Shown here piece by piece: positions 31,934 through 41,749 of a stretch of DNA of 64,000 nucleotides; positions within the stretch are counted from its first letter, which is position 1; every line of letters begins with the position of its first letter. The translations under genes were made by a program, and so were the position numbers. The stretch is from an uncultured Candidatus Rokubacteria bacterium (GTDB taxonomy: Bacteria > Methylomirabilota > Methylomirabilia > Rokubacteriales > DASRDR01): contig CAVPSB010000018.1 of the NCBI GenBank assembly GCA_963708025.1, positions 128,001-192,000 on the forward strand, in the 5' to 3' direction. The notes under the pieces were generated by a model. It was not told the origin of the DNA and ran no database searches. It saw only the letters and a list, made by a program, of their open reading frames with translations.

Positions 31934-32680
31934 ATGGCCGGGGCGGGGGCGAACGGAAAGCTGCTCCTCCAGTTCACCGACGTCCACACCTACTACGGAG
32001 CGCTCCACGTCCTGAAGGGGGTGTCGTACGAGATCTACGAGGGGGAGATCGTCTCCCTCCTCGGCGGGAACGCGTCCGGCAAGTCGACGACGATGAAGAC
32101 GGTGCTCGGCCTGGTGCGGCCGGCCGAGGGGACGGTGACCTTCCGGGGCCAGCCGATCCACACCCTGCGCACGGCCGAGATCGTCAGGCGCGGGATCGCC
32201 CCGGTGCCCGAGGCCCGGCGGGTCTTCCCGAGGATGACGGTGCTGGAAAATCTCGAGATGGGCCGCTACACTCGCCGGAACCAGCCCGGATGGGAGGCCG
32301 AGCTGGACCGCGTGTACGGCCTCTTCCCGGTGCTGAAGGACCGACGGACCCAGCTCGCCGGCACCATGTCGGGGGGCGAGCAGCAGATGCTCGCGATCGG
32401 GCGCGCGCTGATGGCCAACCCGACCCTGCTCTGCATGGACGAGCCGTCGATGGGGCTCTCCCCGGGGTACGTCGAGCAGGTCTTCGACATCATCCGGGCC
32501 ATCAACGAGCAGGGGACCACCATCTTCGTCGTCGAGCAGAACGTGAACATGGCGCTCTCGATCGCCCACCGGGGCTACGTGCTCCAGATGGGCGAGGTGG
32601 TGCTGGCCGGCACCGCCCGGGAGCTGCTGGAGAGCCCGCTGATCAGGAAGGCGTATCTAGGCGCCGCCGCCGAGGCATGA
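31934..32680 (+). CDS. livF: BCAA ABC ATPase
   Basis: GGNASGKST, VPEARRVF, AGTMSGGEQQMLAIGRALM, DEPSMGL, VEQN. Confidence 0.95.
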   Translation: MAGAGANGKLLLQFTDVHTYYGALHVLKGVSYEIYEGEIVSLLGGNASGKSTTMKTVLGLVRPAEGTVTFRGQPIHTLRTAEIVRRGIAPVPEARRVFPRMTVLENLEMGRYTRRNQPGWEAELDRVYGLFPVLKDRRTQLAGTMSGGEQQMLAIGRALMANPTLLCMDEPSMGLSPGYVEQVFDIIRAINEQGTTIFVVEQNVNMALSIAHRGYVLQMGEVVLAGTARELLESPLIRKAYLGAAAEA

Positions 32681-32682
32681 GC

Positions 32683-32829
32683 GGCGCCGGGCCGATACCC
32701 TTCGCATCGCGTCGTCGTTTGGACGGCCTTCGGCCTTTGGGGTCGTCGCCGATCCTCGGCGTACTCGGAGTACGCCTGCGGTCGGGGACTCCCTGCGTCC
32801 TAGCGCTGCTCGGGTCTCGGCCCGGCGCC
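32683..32829. mobile_element. Family B MITE-like element, copy 2 (1 module)
   Basis: 18-bp TIR GGCGCCGGGCCGATACCC/GGGTCTCGGCCCGGCGCC; shares TGGGGTCGTCGCCGATCCTCGGCGTACTCGGAGTACGCCTGCGGTC with copy 1. Confidence 0.8.
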
Positions 32830-32851
32830 CCGTAGTCGACGCGGACGTGCC

Positions 32852-33911
32852 GTGACCGCGCTGCCGCCTCGCGAGGTGCTCGGGTTTTATCCGACGCCGC
32901 TTCACGCGCTGACACGGCTGAGCGAGCATCTCGGCGGCCCGCGGCTCTACATCAAGCGCGATGACCTCACCGGGTTCGCCCTGGGCGGCAACAAGGTGCG
33001 GAAGCTCGAGTTCTTCCTGGGCGAGGCGCGGGCGACCGGCGCCGACGTCCTGGTGACCGCCGGGGGGCACCAGTCGAACCACGCCCGCATCACGGCGGCG
33101 GCCGCCGCCCGGGTGGGCCTCGGCTGCGTGCTGGTCCTCTCCGGGGGTCGCCCGGCGGCCTACGCGGGCAACCTCGCGCTGGACCGCCTCTTCGGCGCCG
33201 AGCTTCGCTTCGTCGGGACCGGGCCCGAGCGGATGCCGGCGGTCCACGCCCTCGCCGCCGAGCTGTCCGCCGCCGGGCGCCGGCCGCTCGTGATCCCGAT
33301 CGGCGGCTCGACCCCGCTCGGCGCCCTCGGCTACGTCGAGGCGGTCCGCGAGGCGGCGGCCCAGCTTCGCGACCTTCGGGGTCACGCCGGCGGCGATCGT
33401 CCACGGCTCCTCGTCGGGCGGAACCCAGGCCGGCCTCGTCGTCGGCTGCCGTGTCTCCAACCTGGACACGCGCGTCATCGGGATCAGCGCCGACGAGACC
33501 CGGGCGGACCTCGGCCGGATGGTCGCGGAAATCGTCGGACCGCTGGCCGAGCGGATCGGGCTGCCGGCACCCTTGCCGGGCGCCATCGAGGTGCTGGACG
33601 AGTACGTCGGCGTGGGGTACGGGATCCCGACCGCCTCCTCCGAGGAGGCCACCGAGCTCTTCGCCCGGCTGGAGGGCATTCCGCTCGACCCGAGCTACGG
33701 CGCGAAGGCCGGAGCCGGGCTGATCGACCTCGTCCGCCGGCGGGTCTTCGGCCCGCGAGACACCGTGTGCTTCTGGCACACCGGCGGCGCCACCTGGCAC
33801 CGGCCGCCGGGGCCCGACCGGCGCGTGAGGCTTCCTTCCACCGCGGGCTGGCGCAGATGGACCGTCAGCGAGTCGGACTCTGCTGGGACTGCCGCTGGGC
33901 GCGGCGCGTGA
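32852..33911 (+). CDS. D-cysteine desulfhydrase/ACC deaminase family PLP enzyme, frameshift near 33375
   Basis: YIKRDDLTG..GGNKVRKLEF, QSNH, GGSTPLGALGY; after the shift SSGGTQAG, LEGIPLDPSY, FWHTGG. Confidence 0.85.
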
Positions 33912-34030
33912 CGAGCGGGCGAGGATCGGTCTTCTTCCTGTGCCGCCGGGCGGAGACCGAGCCCGCCTATCCGAGGTACCCGCCACTGCCGCGGCTTTCC
34001 TGCGCGGGGTACGAGCCGTCCGATTCCTCC
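33857..34030 (+). CDS. Small Cys-rich protein (end uncertain, no nearby stop)
   Basis: MDRQRVGLCWDCRWARRVTSGRGSVFFLCRR..YPRYPPLPRLSCAGYEP: compact CxxC..C..C pattern. Confidence 0.5.
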
Positions 34031-35385
34031 GATCCCGGGGGAGGGAGACGCGGAGGATCAGCGGCGGGGAAGACCACCTTGAGGCAGTCGGCGAGCACGC
34101 TCAGCACGGTGTCGATCTCGGCCTCCTCGATGACGAGCGGCGGCTTGAGCTTGAGGACGTTCGGGAGCGCGGAGGCGGTCGCCAGGATCACGCCCCGCCG
34201 CATGGCCTCCTCCACGATCCGCTTCGCCTCGGCCGGCGCCGGCTCCTTGGTGACGGGATCCCGCACCATCTCGACCCCGATGAAGAGGCCCGGGCCCCGC
34301 ACGTCGCCGATCTGCGGGTACTCCTGCTGCAGGGCGCGCAGGCCGCGGGTGAGGAGCGCGCCCATGCGGGCCGCGCGCTCGGGGATGCGGTCCCGCTCGA
34401 GGATCTCGATGACCTTCAGCGCGACCGCCTGGGCCACCGGGTTCGAGCCGAAGGTGTAGACGTCCTCGCCGGTCGGCTCGAAGCGCTTGAGCCGGTCGTC
34501 GGCGACGACGGCGGCGATGGGGAAGCCGCCCCCCAGCGCCTTGGACAGCACCATCATGTCCGGCGTCACGCCGAGCCCCTCCGCGGCGAACATCCACCCC
34601 GTCCGGCCGAGGCCGGTCTGGATCTCGTCGAAGATCAGCAAGACCCCGAGCTCGTCGCAGATCCGGCGGACCTCCCGGACGAACGTGGCCGGGAACGGGA
34701 TCTGGCCCCCGCTCCCCTGGACCGGCTCCAGCAGCACCGCGGCCACCGGCCCGTCCACGCCGCGCTGGATCGTGTCACGGAGGGGCGCCGCGCACTCGGC
34801 GCCGGCGCACTCGCCCGAGGCCAGGCGGCGCGGGCAGCGGTAGCAGTAGGCGTTGGGGACGCGGACGAAGTTGTGGAGGAACGGCAGGAATTTCACCCCG
34901 GGTCCGAACGCGCCCGAGGTCTGGGTCCCGCTCCAGGAGGCGGCCATCGTCGCCAGCGTGTTGCCGTGGTAGGCGTGGTAGAAGGTCACGAAGCGGGCGG
35001 CCCCGGGCCGGTTGATCAGGGCGAGCTTGAGCGCCGTCTCGATCCCGAGCGAGCCGGTCGGCGCGAAGGTGACGGTGCCCAGCCGGCCCGGGCACAGGTC
35101 GGCCAGCCGCTTGGCCAGGAGCAGCCGGGGCAGGGTCGGGAACCCCGCCCGCGCGTGGGCGAGGATCCGGATCTGCGCCACCGCCGCCTCGATCACCTCG
35201 GGGTGGTTGTAGCCGAGCGCGAGGGTCCAGGCCTGGGCCGTGCAGTCGATGTACGACTTGCCGTCGATGTCGGTGACGCGGCTCCCCTGGCCGGAGACGA
35301 GCACCGGCCCCAGCCAGGCCGAGCCGTACCCGACGTGCTGCTGGAGCGCGGCGATCTCCCCGGGCGTCAGTCGTGGCGTGTCCAT
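33967..35385 (-). CDS. Class III PLP aminotransferase
   Basis: DIDGKSYID, YHGNT, EPVQGSGG, FDEIQTGLGRTG, SKALGGG, DVRGPGLFIG. Confidence 0.93.
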   Translation of the reverse strand: MDTPRLTPGEIAALQQHVGYGSAWLGPVLVSGQGSRVTDIDGKSYIDCTAQAWTLALGYNHPEVIEAAVAQIRILAHARAGFPTLPRLLLAKRLADLCPGRLGTVTFAPTGSLGIETALKLALINRPGAARFVTFYHAYHGNTLATMAASWSGTQTSGAFGPGVKFLPFLHNFVRVPNAYCYRCPRRLASGECAGAECAAPLRDTIQRGVDGPVAAVLLEPVQGSGGQIPFPATFVREVRRICDELGVLLIFDEIQTGLGRTGWMFAAEGLGVTPDMMVLSKALGGGFPIAAVVADDRLKRFEPTGEDVYTFGSNPVAQAVALKVIEILERDRIPERAARMGALLTRGLRALQQEYPQIGDVRGPGLFIGVEMVRDPVTKEPAPAEAKRIVEEAMRRGVILATASALPNVLKLKPPLVIEEAEIDTVLSVLADCLKVVFPAADPPRLPPPGSEESDGSYPAQESRGSGGYLG

Positions 35386-35396
35386 CGAGGCCTCCT

Positions 35397-35533
35397 CATT
35401 TCGGGACCTCCCGCCCTCCCGATCCTTCGACGGCCTTCGGCCTTTGGCCCCCCTCCCCCACCGCCCGACGGCCTTCGGCCTTTGGCTGGGGGGAGGGGGG
35501 AGTCGGAGGCCCTGATTCCTTCACACCCTCTCA
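35397..35533 (-). repeat. Family A junction element (2 modules)
   Basis: Minus strand: TGAGAGGGTGTGAAGGAAT..CTCCGACTCCCCCCTCCCC..GGGAGGTCCCGAAATG; modules at 35429-35443 and 35467-35481. Confidence 0.85.
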
Positions 35534-36355
35534 GCCCTTCAGGCCGGTGAGCGCGATGCCGCGGATCATGAACTTCTGGGAGACGGCGTAGGCCAGCAGC
35601 ATCGGCCCGGTGGCGATGACGGTGGCGGCCATCAACGGCCCGTAGTTGATGCTGCCGTACGGGTCCTTGAAGAGTGCGATGCCGACCGGCAGCGTCCGGA
35701 GCTCCTGCGAGTTGATGACGATGACCGGCCACAGGAAGTCGTTCCAGGAGCCCAGGAAGAGGATCATCGCCACGGTGGCCAGCGTCGTCTTGATGAGCGG
35801 GGTGATGATGGTGAGCACGATGCGGACCTCGCCGGCCCCGTCGATCCGGGCGGCCTCGATCAGGTCCACCGGGATGGCCTTGATCCCCTGGCGGATCATG
35901 AAGACGCCGAAGGCGCTGGCGAAGTTCGGGGCCAGGATGCCGAGATAGGTGTCCACCCACTCGATCCGGGCCAGGAGCACGTAGAGGGCGACCGAGGTCA
36001 CCTGGACCGGGACCATGAGCGTGCTCAGGATCAGCAGGAAGAGGACGGTCTGGAGCGGGAACCGGTAGACGGCGAAGGCGTAGCCGGCGAAGAGCCCGAA
36101 GGCGAGCGAGCAGCCGACCGAGACCACGGCGACGACCAGGCTGTTCCGGTAGTAGCTGAGCCAGGGCGCCTTGGCGAAGGCCGTCGCGAAGTGCTCGGCG
36201 GTCAGCCGGCTCGGGATCCACTTCGGCGGGAACGCGAGGATGTCCGAGGCCGGGCTGACCGCCGTCACCACCATCCAGTAGAAGGGCAGGATCATCAGGA
36301 CGGCGACCGCCGTCACCACGGTGAACAGCGCGATCCGGCCCGCGGCCCGGGTCAT
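35531..36355 (-). CDS. Carbohydrate ABC permease (MalG-like)
   Basis: IPVDLIEAARIDGA EAA loop, WNDFLWP; an in-frame upstream ATG at 36490 would include the repeat. Confidence 0.92.
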   Translation of the reverse strand: MTRAAGRIALFTVVTAVAVLMILPFYWMVVTAVSPASDILAFPPKWIPSRLTAEHFATAFAKAPWLSYYRNSLVVAVVSVGCSLAFGLFAGYAFAVYRFPLQTVLFLLILSTLMVPVQVTSVALYVLLARIEWVDTYLGILAPNFASAFGVFMIRQGIKAIPVDLIEAARIDGAGEVRIVLTIITPLIKTTLATVAMILFLGSWNDFLWPVIVINSQELRTLPVGIALFKDPYGSINYGPLMAATVIATGPMLLAYAVSQKFMIRGIALTGLKG

Positions 36356-36357
36356 CG

Positions 36358-36447
36358 AGCCCCCCCCCACCCATGGACGGCCTCGGCCTTTGCGACCCCT
36401 CCCCACCACTCGACGGCCTTCGGCCTTTGGCCGGGGGGAGGGGAGAT
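36358..36447 (-). repeat. Family A-related element (2 modules) between the permease genes
   Basis: GACGGCCTCGGCCT at 36376-36389 and GACGGCCTTCGGCCT at 36412-36426, inside CCCCTCCCC/GGGGAGGGG stems. Confidence 0.75.
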
Positions 36448-36489
36448 GCGCGTTGCACGGGCCCTGGGCGATCCGCTTCAGACGCCCCA

Positions 36490-37435
36490 TCAGTAGGCGA
36501 CCTCGAAGCGCTTGCTGTAGACGTACTGCACCACGGTGATGCCCAGGATCAGGGCGAAGAGCACGGTGGCCTCGGCCGCCGCGTAGCCCATGTTGTAGCG
36601 CTCGAAGGCCTGGCGGTAGAGGTCGAGCACGACGACGTTGGTGGCGTTGGCCGGGCCGCCTCCGGTCAGGACGAAGACCTGGTCGAAGACCTGGAAGGCC
36701 AGGATGCCGTTGTAGATGAGGAGGAAGGTGGTCGTGGGCGCCAGGAGGGGCACCGAGATCCGCCAGAACTGGCGGACGGCGCCGGCGCCGTCGATGGTCG
36801 CGGCCTCGTAGAGCTGCTGGGGGATGGACTGGAGGCCGGCCAGGTAGATGATCATGTTGTAGCCGAGGCTCTTCCAGACGCTGAAGATGATGATCGCGGT
36901 GAGGGCCGTCCGGCTCGACATGAGCCAGGGCTGATCGGGCAGCCCGACCAGCCGCAGCAGCACGTTGAAGAGCCCGAACTGCGGGTTGTAGAGCCACCAC
37001 CACACCATGGCGGCGGCCGCCGTGCTGGTGACCATGGGCGCGAAGTAGACGGCCTTGTACAGCTCGCGGAGCCGGAAGCGGGTGTTGAACAGCACCGCCA
37101 GCCCGAGCCCCAGCGCCGGCCGAGATCGGGACGATGGTCGCCACGTAGAGGAGCGTGTTCGTCATGGCCTTGTGGAACGTCGGATCGACGGCCATGTCGC
37201 GGAAGTTGTCGAGCCCGATGAAGGTGAAGCGGCCCCGCACCAGCTCGACCTTGTAGACCGAGTAGAGCAGGGTCTGGACGGCGGGGACGACGCGGAAGAT
37301 GGCGAAGAGGAGGATGACCGGGGCAATGAACGCGTAGGCGTGGAGGACGTGGCGGCTCCGGAGGCGCGCGAGGCGCCGCCGCCAGGAATGGGACTGCCCC
37401 GCGGGAGGGACCCCCCGCGGGGCAGCGCCGGTCAG
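36490..37435 (-). CDS. Carbohydrate ABC permease (MalF-like), frameshift near 37120, start uncertain
   Basis: AYAFIAP, FIGLDNF, LAGLQSIP..LYEAATIDGA, LTGGGP; the only plausible in-frame start is CTG at 37435. Confidence 0.85.
37394..37425. terminator. GC hairpin downstream of the SBP gene (possible terminator/mRNA stabiliser)
   Basis: CTGCCCCGCGGG..CCCGCGGGGCAG 12-bp stem, no U-tract. Confidence 0.4.
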
Positions 37436-37448
37436 CTCCGGAGCGACG

Positions 37449-38741
37449 CTACTTGGCGGCGTCGGCGATCGCCTTGTTGGCCTGCCGGTCGGCTTCCGCG
37501 AGCGCCGCCTCGAGCGGCGCCTCGTGGTGCCAGACCTTCTGGATGGCCCCGCCCATCGCGTCCATCACGCCGTTGAAGCCGAGGTTGATGGGGAGCTTCT
37601 TGCCGTAGGGGTACATGACCTTGAGGGCCTGGTCGTAGGGATCGGACTTGAACGGCTCCTTGTCCCAGTTGACCTTGTAGCGCGGGGACGCGTCGTACTT
37701 CTTGCACAGCTCGTAGTCCTTCTCCGCGCTGTTGAGCCACTCGATCAGCTCCCACGCCAGCGCCTTGTTCTTGGCCGGCTTGGGCACCGCGTAGACCCAG
37801 GCGCCGAGCAGCGAGACGGGGGGGTCGCCGGCCTTCGGCGCGGGCGGGAGCGCCATGCCCCACTTGAGGTCGGGGGCCTCCTTCGGCTGGCGCGCCTTGA
37901 TGCTCACGGTCTCGCTGATCTGCATCGAGGCGATGCCCTTCAGGAACGCCGCCCGCGGGTCCGGGAAGTTCAGGCTGGTGGACTTGTCGACGTCCAGCAT
38001 GTCGAGGACCAGCTTCAGCGCCGCCTTCCCGCCGTCGTTGTTGATGATGGCCTTTCCGCCCCGCAGGAGGAGCGGGTCGTCGACCAGGCGGACGCCGCCG
38101 CTGTAGAGGGCCCAGAAATGCTTGTGCACGATGCCGTGGGGATGGCCGACGTGCCGGATCGCGTAGCCGACCCGCGTGATGTTCCCCTGGGCGTCCCGCT
38201 TGGTGAGCTTCTTGGCGTACTCCCGGAACTCGGCCCACGTCTTGGGCGGCTTCTCGGGATCGAGCCCCACCTCCTTGAAGTGCTCCTTGTTCCAGGTCAG
38301 CCCGTAGACGTCGATGCCGTACTGGGGGTAGCCCCACATCCGGCCGTTGCCGTAGTCCGACAGCTCCTTGATCTCGGGGGAGACCGCATTGAGCCACGCC
38401 CTGGCCTTGGCATCGGCGACCGGCTCCAGCATCTCCTCCTTGAGGAAGCCGGGGATCCAGCCGTTGTCGACGAACAGGATGTCGCCGATGTTCCGGCCGG
38501 CGGCGGCCGCGAAGATCTTCTGCTGCATGGTGTCGTAATCGAGGCCGACCGCCTCGACCTTGACGTTGTGCTTGGCCTCGAACTCGGCGAACAGGCCCTT
38601 GTCCGCGAAGTGGGCGGCGCCAGACGTGATGTCGCCGGCCGGGTACCAGAGGGTGACGGTGGCCTTCGCCTGGGCCGCGGCGAGCGCCGGAGCCAGGACG
38701 AGGACCGCGAGGGTGGTGGCGAGCCAGGTGAGGCGTCTCAT
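37449..38741 (-). CDS. Carbohydrate ABC substrate-binding protein (family 1)
   Basis: Signal peptide, WNKEHFKEVGLDPEKPPKTWAEF, precedes two permeases. Confidence 0.9.
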   Translation of the reverse strand: MRRLTWLATTLAVLVLAPALAAAQAKATVTLWYPAGDITSGAAHFADKGLFAEFEAKHNVKVEAVGLDYDTMQQKIFAAAAGRNIGDILFVDNGWIPGFLKEEMLEPVADAKARAWLNAVSPEIKELSDYGNGRMWGYPQYGIDVYGLTWNKEHFKEVGLDPEKPPKTWAEFREYAKKLTKRDAQGNITRVGYAIRHVGHPHGIVHKHFWALYSGGVRLVDDPLLLRGGKAIINNDGGKAALKLVLDMLDVDKSTSLNFPDPRAAFLKGIASMQISETVSIKARQPKEAPDLKWGMALPPAPKAGDPPVSLLGAWVYAVPKPAKNKALAWELIEWLNSAEKDYELCKKYDASPRYKVNWDKEPFKSDPYDQALKVMYPYGKKLPINLGFNGVMDAMGGAIQKVWHHEAPLEAALAEADRQANKAIADAAK

Positions 38742-38780
38742 GGAAGGTTCCCCCTTTCGCGCTCTCGCGCGCTGGGACGG

Positions 38781-38810
38781 ACTCTATGCCCGCGCTTCCG
38801 GCGGTGTCAA
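38781..38810 (-). promoter_or_regulatory. Putative sigma70 promoter
   Basis: TTGACA-18nt-TAGAGT upstream of the SBP gene. Confidence 0.6.
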
Positions 38811-38844
38811 GGCCGGGGGCCCTGCGCCGGGGGTCCTCTGCGCG

Positions 38845-39724
38845 CTAGGCGAGGGGCAAAGTGGTGTCGGCGCGGGTCTCCTGGTCGTGGTAGCGGATCA
38901 GGGCCTCGAAGTCGGGACCGATGCGCGTGTCGCCGAAGGCCGCCAGGTAGCGGCACGTCGCGTAGCGGGCCGCGGTCGCGGCGTACTCCGACTCCCAGGC
39001 GCGGAACTGCGCCTCGGCCTGGGGCGTGTCGTAGGGAAAGCTGACCGGGGGCGGGCGGAGGCCGCAGCGCCACGGCTTGGGCGTCAGCCGGGCGCGGAAC
39101 GACTGCTGCATTCGACACAGCCGGACGTAGAGCGGGTCGGCGCCGAACTGCTGGAGCAGGGTCTCGCTCGCTCCGCTGCTGGCGTCGAGGCGAGAGCCGG
39201 TCACGATCGCCCGGTGTCCGGCGGCGGTGCGGTAGACGCGAGCGCCGAGCCCGTTGGCCTCGGCGACGCGCCGGACGTCGGCCAGCACCGGGCTCTCCCC
39301 CGTGGGCGGCGCCGGCGCGGCCTTGCCGAAGAGCGACAGGACGCTGGACACCAGGCCCATCGCGGCGGCCGCCCCGTCCGGCGTGTCGCCCCGGTCGATG
39401 TCGACGAACATCAGCTGGCGGGCGTTCAGGACGAGGGCACCGTACGCGTTCCGCGTGACCACCGCGCCGGCCTCGCCGCCGCCCCCGCCCGGGAACTCGC
39501 GCAGGATCGGCTCCGGCAGTGGCCGGTCGCCGTACGGGTATCGGCCGGTCCCGCCCGGACCCGAGAGCAGCCGCTGGGCCAGCCTGGCGCGCGGTGACGC
39601 GGGCCAGGTCGCGCGCGGCCGCGAGGCTGTCGTTCGACCAGCCCCGGGCGACGACGCGGATCCGCTGGCCGCCCGGTCCGATGGCCTCGCCCGGCTCCCG
39701 CGCCCAGAACCGCGCCAGCTTCAC
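38845..39724 (-). CDS. Conserved-looking hypothetical protein, frameshift near 39595
   Basis: VARGWSNDS.. joins YPYGDRPLPEP..VTRNAYGALVLN..MFVDID..DPLYVRLC..FRARLTPKPWR. Confidence 0.65.
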
Positions 39725-39788
39725 GGCCAGCAGCATACGACGAACGCCGCGCTCGCGCACCCGGGCCCGCGGCGGGCGGCAGGCCCGC

Positions 39789-40470
39789 TCAGCCGGCGCG
39801 GACCACGCGGAAGCCGTAGTCGGAGTAGCGGAGGTGGGGCGGGAGGCTCGAGCGGTGGGCGACGGCGCTCCACGGCACCTGGTGGCGCCAGGCGCCGCCG
39901 CGGGAGACGCGACGGGTCCCGTGGGGCGGGCCGGCGGGCTCCGCTCGGGGGCGACCGCGTAGTAGTCGTCGGCGTGCCAGTCGAGGCACCACTCGTGGAC
40001 GCAGCCGGAGAGGTCGGTGAGGCGGAAGCCGTTGGCGGGACCGCCTCCGACCGGCGGCGGCCCGGGGAGCGGGAAGCCGCGCGTCGGGGAAGACCGCGGC
40101 GGGCGGCGCGTCGCCCCACGGATAGCGCGCGCCGTCGAGCCCGCCGCGCGCCGCCTTCTCCCACTCCGCCTCGGTGGGCAGGCGGTGGCGGCGCCGGTGC
40201 GCTCGCTCGAGCCAGCGGCAGAAGGCGACGGCCTCGTCCCAGCCCACGCCGACGACGGGCTGGGCGGGATCGCCGAAGCGCGCGTCGGCCTGGAACGGCG
40301 GTGGCGCGGCCCCGGTCGCCGCCAGGTACTCGGCGTAGGCCGCGTTCGTCACCGGCGCTCGTCGCGATCGCGAAGGCGTCGAGCCACACGCGATGGCGGG
40401 GCCGCTCGCCCGGGACGCCGTCCTCCCGGCCCATCCAGAACCAGCCGGCGGGGATCTCGACCAGCTCCAC
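39789..40470 (-). CDS. Formylglycine-generating enzyme (SUMF1/EgtB-like) domain protein, frameshifted
   Basis: [48 protein letters not shown] spread over shifted frames. Confidence 0.8.
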
Positions 40471-40473
40471 GAC

Positions 40474-40916
40474 TCAGTCGGCAGGCGTCTTCTTCTCCAG
40501 CTCGGCCAGTCGCCGCCGGAGCGCTCTGCTCCTCCTCCCAGCGATGGGTCTCGTCGCGCACGATGGCGGCGATGCCGGTGACCCGCCCGTCGGCCGACTT
40601 CAGGAGCGCGACGGTGAAGGCGATCGAGATGCGCTGGCCGTCCTTCCGCAGGGCGGGCACGCGGAGGACGTCGGTGCCGTACCGCGTCACGCCGGTCTGC
40701 ATCACCTCGCGGTAGCCGTCCCAGTGGCGCGCCCGGTAGCGCTCCGGGATGATGAGGTCGAGCGACTGCCCGAGGACGTCGGCGGCCGGGTACCCGAAGA
40801 TTCGCTCGGACGCCGGGTTCCAGAGGCGGATGCGCCCGTCCGGGTCGGCGGCGACGATCGCGTCCCCGGCGGCCTCGACGAGCGCGGCGAAGTCGAGCGG
40901 TGCCGGCCTGGCTCAT
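40474..40916 (-). CDS. Single PAS-domain protein, frameshifted
   Basis: [52 protein letters not shown]. Confidence 0.8.
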
Positions 40917-40978
40917 GCCCTCATTCTACGTGGCTGCCGGCGGTCCTTGTCGGCGCCGGGCTACCGTCCGGCGCTTCC

Positions 40979-41007
40979 TTGACGTCGGAGGTAGAGCGTC
41001 CTACGCT
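40979..41007 (+). promoter_or_regulatory. Sigma70 promoter for a likely leaderless TA transcript
   Basis: TTGACG-17nt-TACGCT, ATG 6 nt downstream; overlapping GTAG-N6-CTAC inverted repeat (possible operator). Confidence 0.6.
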
Positions 41008-41013
41008 TGACGC

Positions 41014-41703
41014 ATGCAGAGCATCGTGTCCTCGAAGGGTCAGATCACCCTGCCGGTCGCCATCCGAGCCCGGCTCGGTCTGGTCACCGGTACGCCCGTC
41101 GATTTCGAGGTCCGCGACGGTGAGGTGATCCTGCGGAAAGGCGTCCGCGGCGCCCACCCGGTCGATCGGATCTTCGGACGGCTGCAGCTCGGCAGGCCGG
41201 TGGACGCGCTCCTCGACGAGATGCGCGGGCGCGACCGTCCCGGTCCTCGACCGTTGCCGCCGTCGGCCGTCGCCGCGCCGCAGTTCTTCTTGAAGACGGC
41301 GGTCGATTCCTCGGTGCTGCTCGACGTCCTGGGTGCCGACTCTCGCTTCGGCAAGTCGTCGCGAGAGGCCCTGCGGGCAGCCTACGATGGGGGCGCCCTC
41401 GTGGCCTGCGATGTGGTCTGGGCGGAGGTCCGGGCGCAGTTCGCCACCGATGCCGAGTTCGACCAGGCGCTCTCGCTTCTCGGAATCCGCTTCGAGGCGA
41501 TCACTTCCGAAGCGGCGGCGCTCGCGGGGCGGTTGTGGCGCCAGAGTCGGCGCGCGGGTCAGGCGAGGCGAGTGCGGGTCGTCGCCGATTTTCTCGTCGG
41601 CGCCCACGCTTCGATCCAGGCAGACGGGCTGCTGACCCGCGACCGGGGCTTCTATCGGCGGTACTTCCGGGTGAGGGTCATCGACCCAACTGCGAGCGGC
41701 TGA
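41014..41703 (+). CDS. AbrB/MazE antitoxin plus PIN (VapC) toxin in one reading frame
   Basis: [20 protein letters not shown] (AbrB); from TTG 41290: [29 protein letters not shown] (PIN). Confidence 0.85.
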   Translation: MQSIVSSKGQITLPVAIRARLGLVTGTPVDFEVRDGEVILRKGVRGAHPVDRIFGRLQLGRPVDALLDEMRGRDRPGPRPLPPSAVAAPQFFLKTAVDSSVLLDVLGADSRFGKSSREALRAAYDGGALVACDVVWAEVRAQFATDAEFDQALSLLGIRFEAITSEAAALAGRLWRQSRRAGQARRVRVVADFLVGAHASIQADGLLTRDRGFYRRYFRVRVIDPTASG

Positions 41704-41749
41704 GCCGCGGCGGCGCCGCCCGTACCGCGGGAGGCCCGCAGGTCCCGCT

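Noticed and set aside
29172-31934. 920-aa ORF as one protein
   Set aside because: It joins an off-frame livH segment, LivM-LivG up to the frameshift, off-frame sequence and the MITE peptide.
15203-36447. GACGGCCTTCGGCCT repeats as a CRISPR array
   Set aside because: At most 2-3 copies per locus, 15 bp long, irregular and related spacers, no cas genes.
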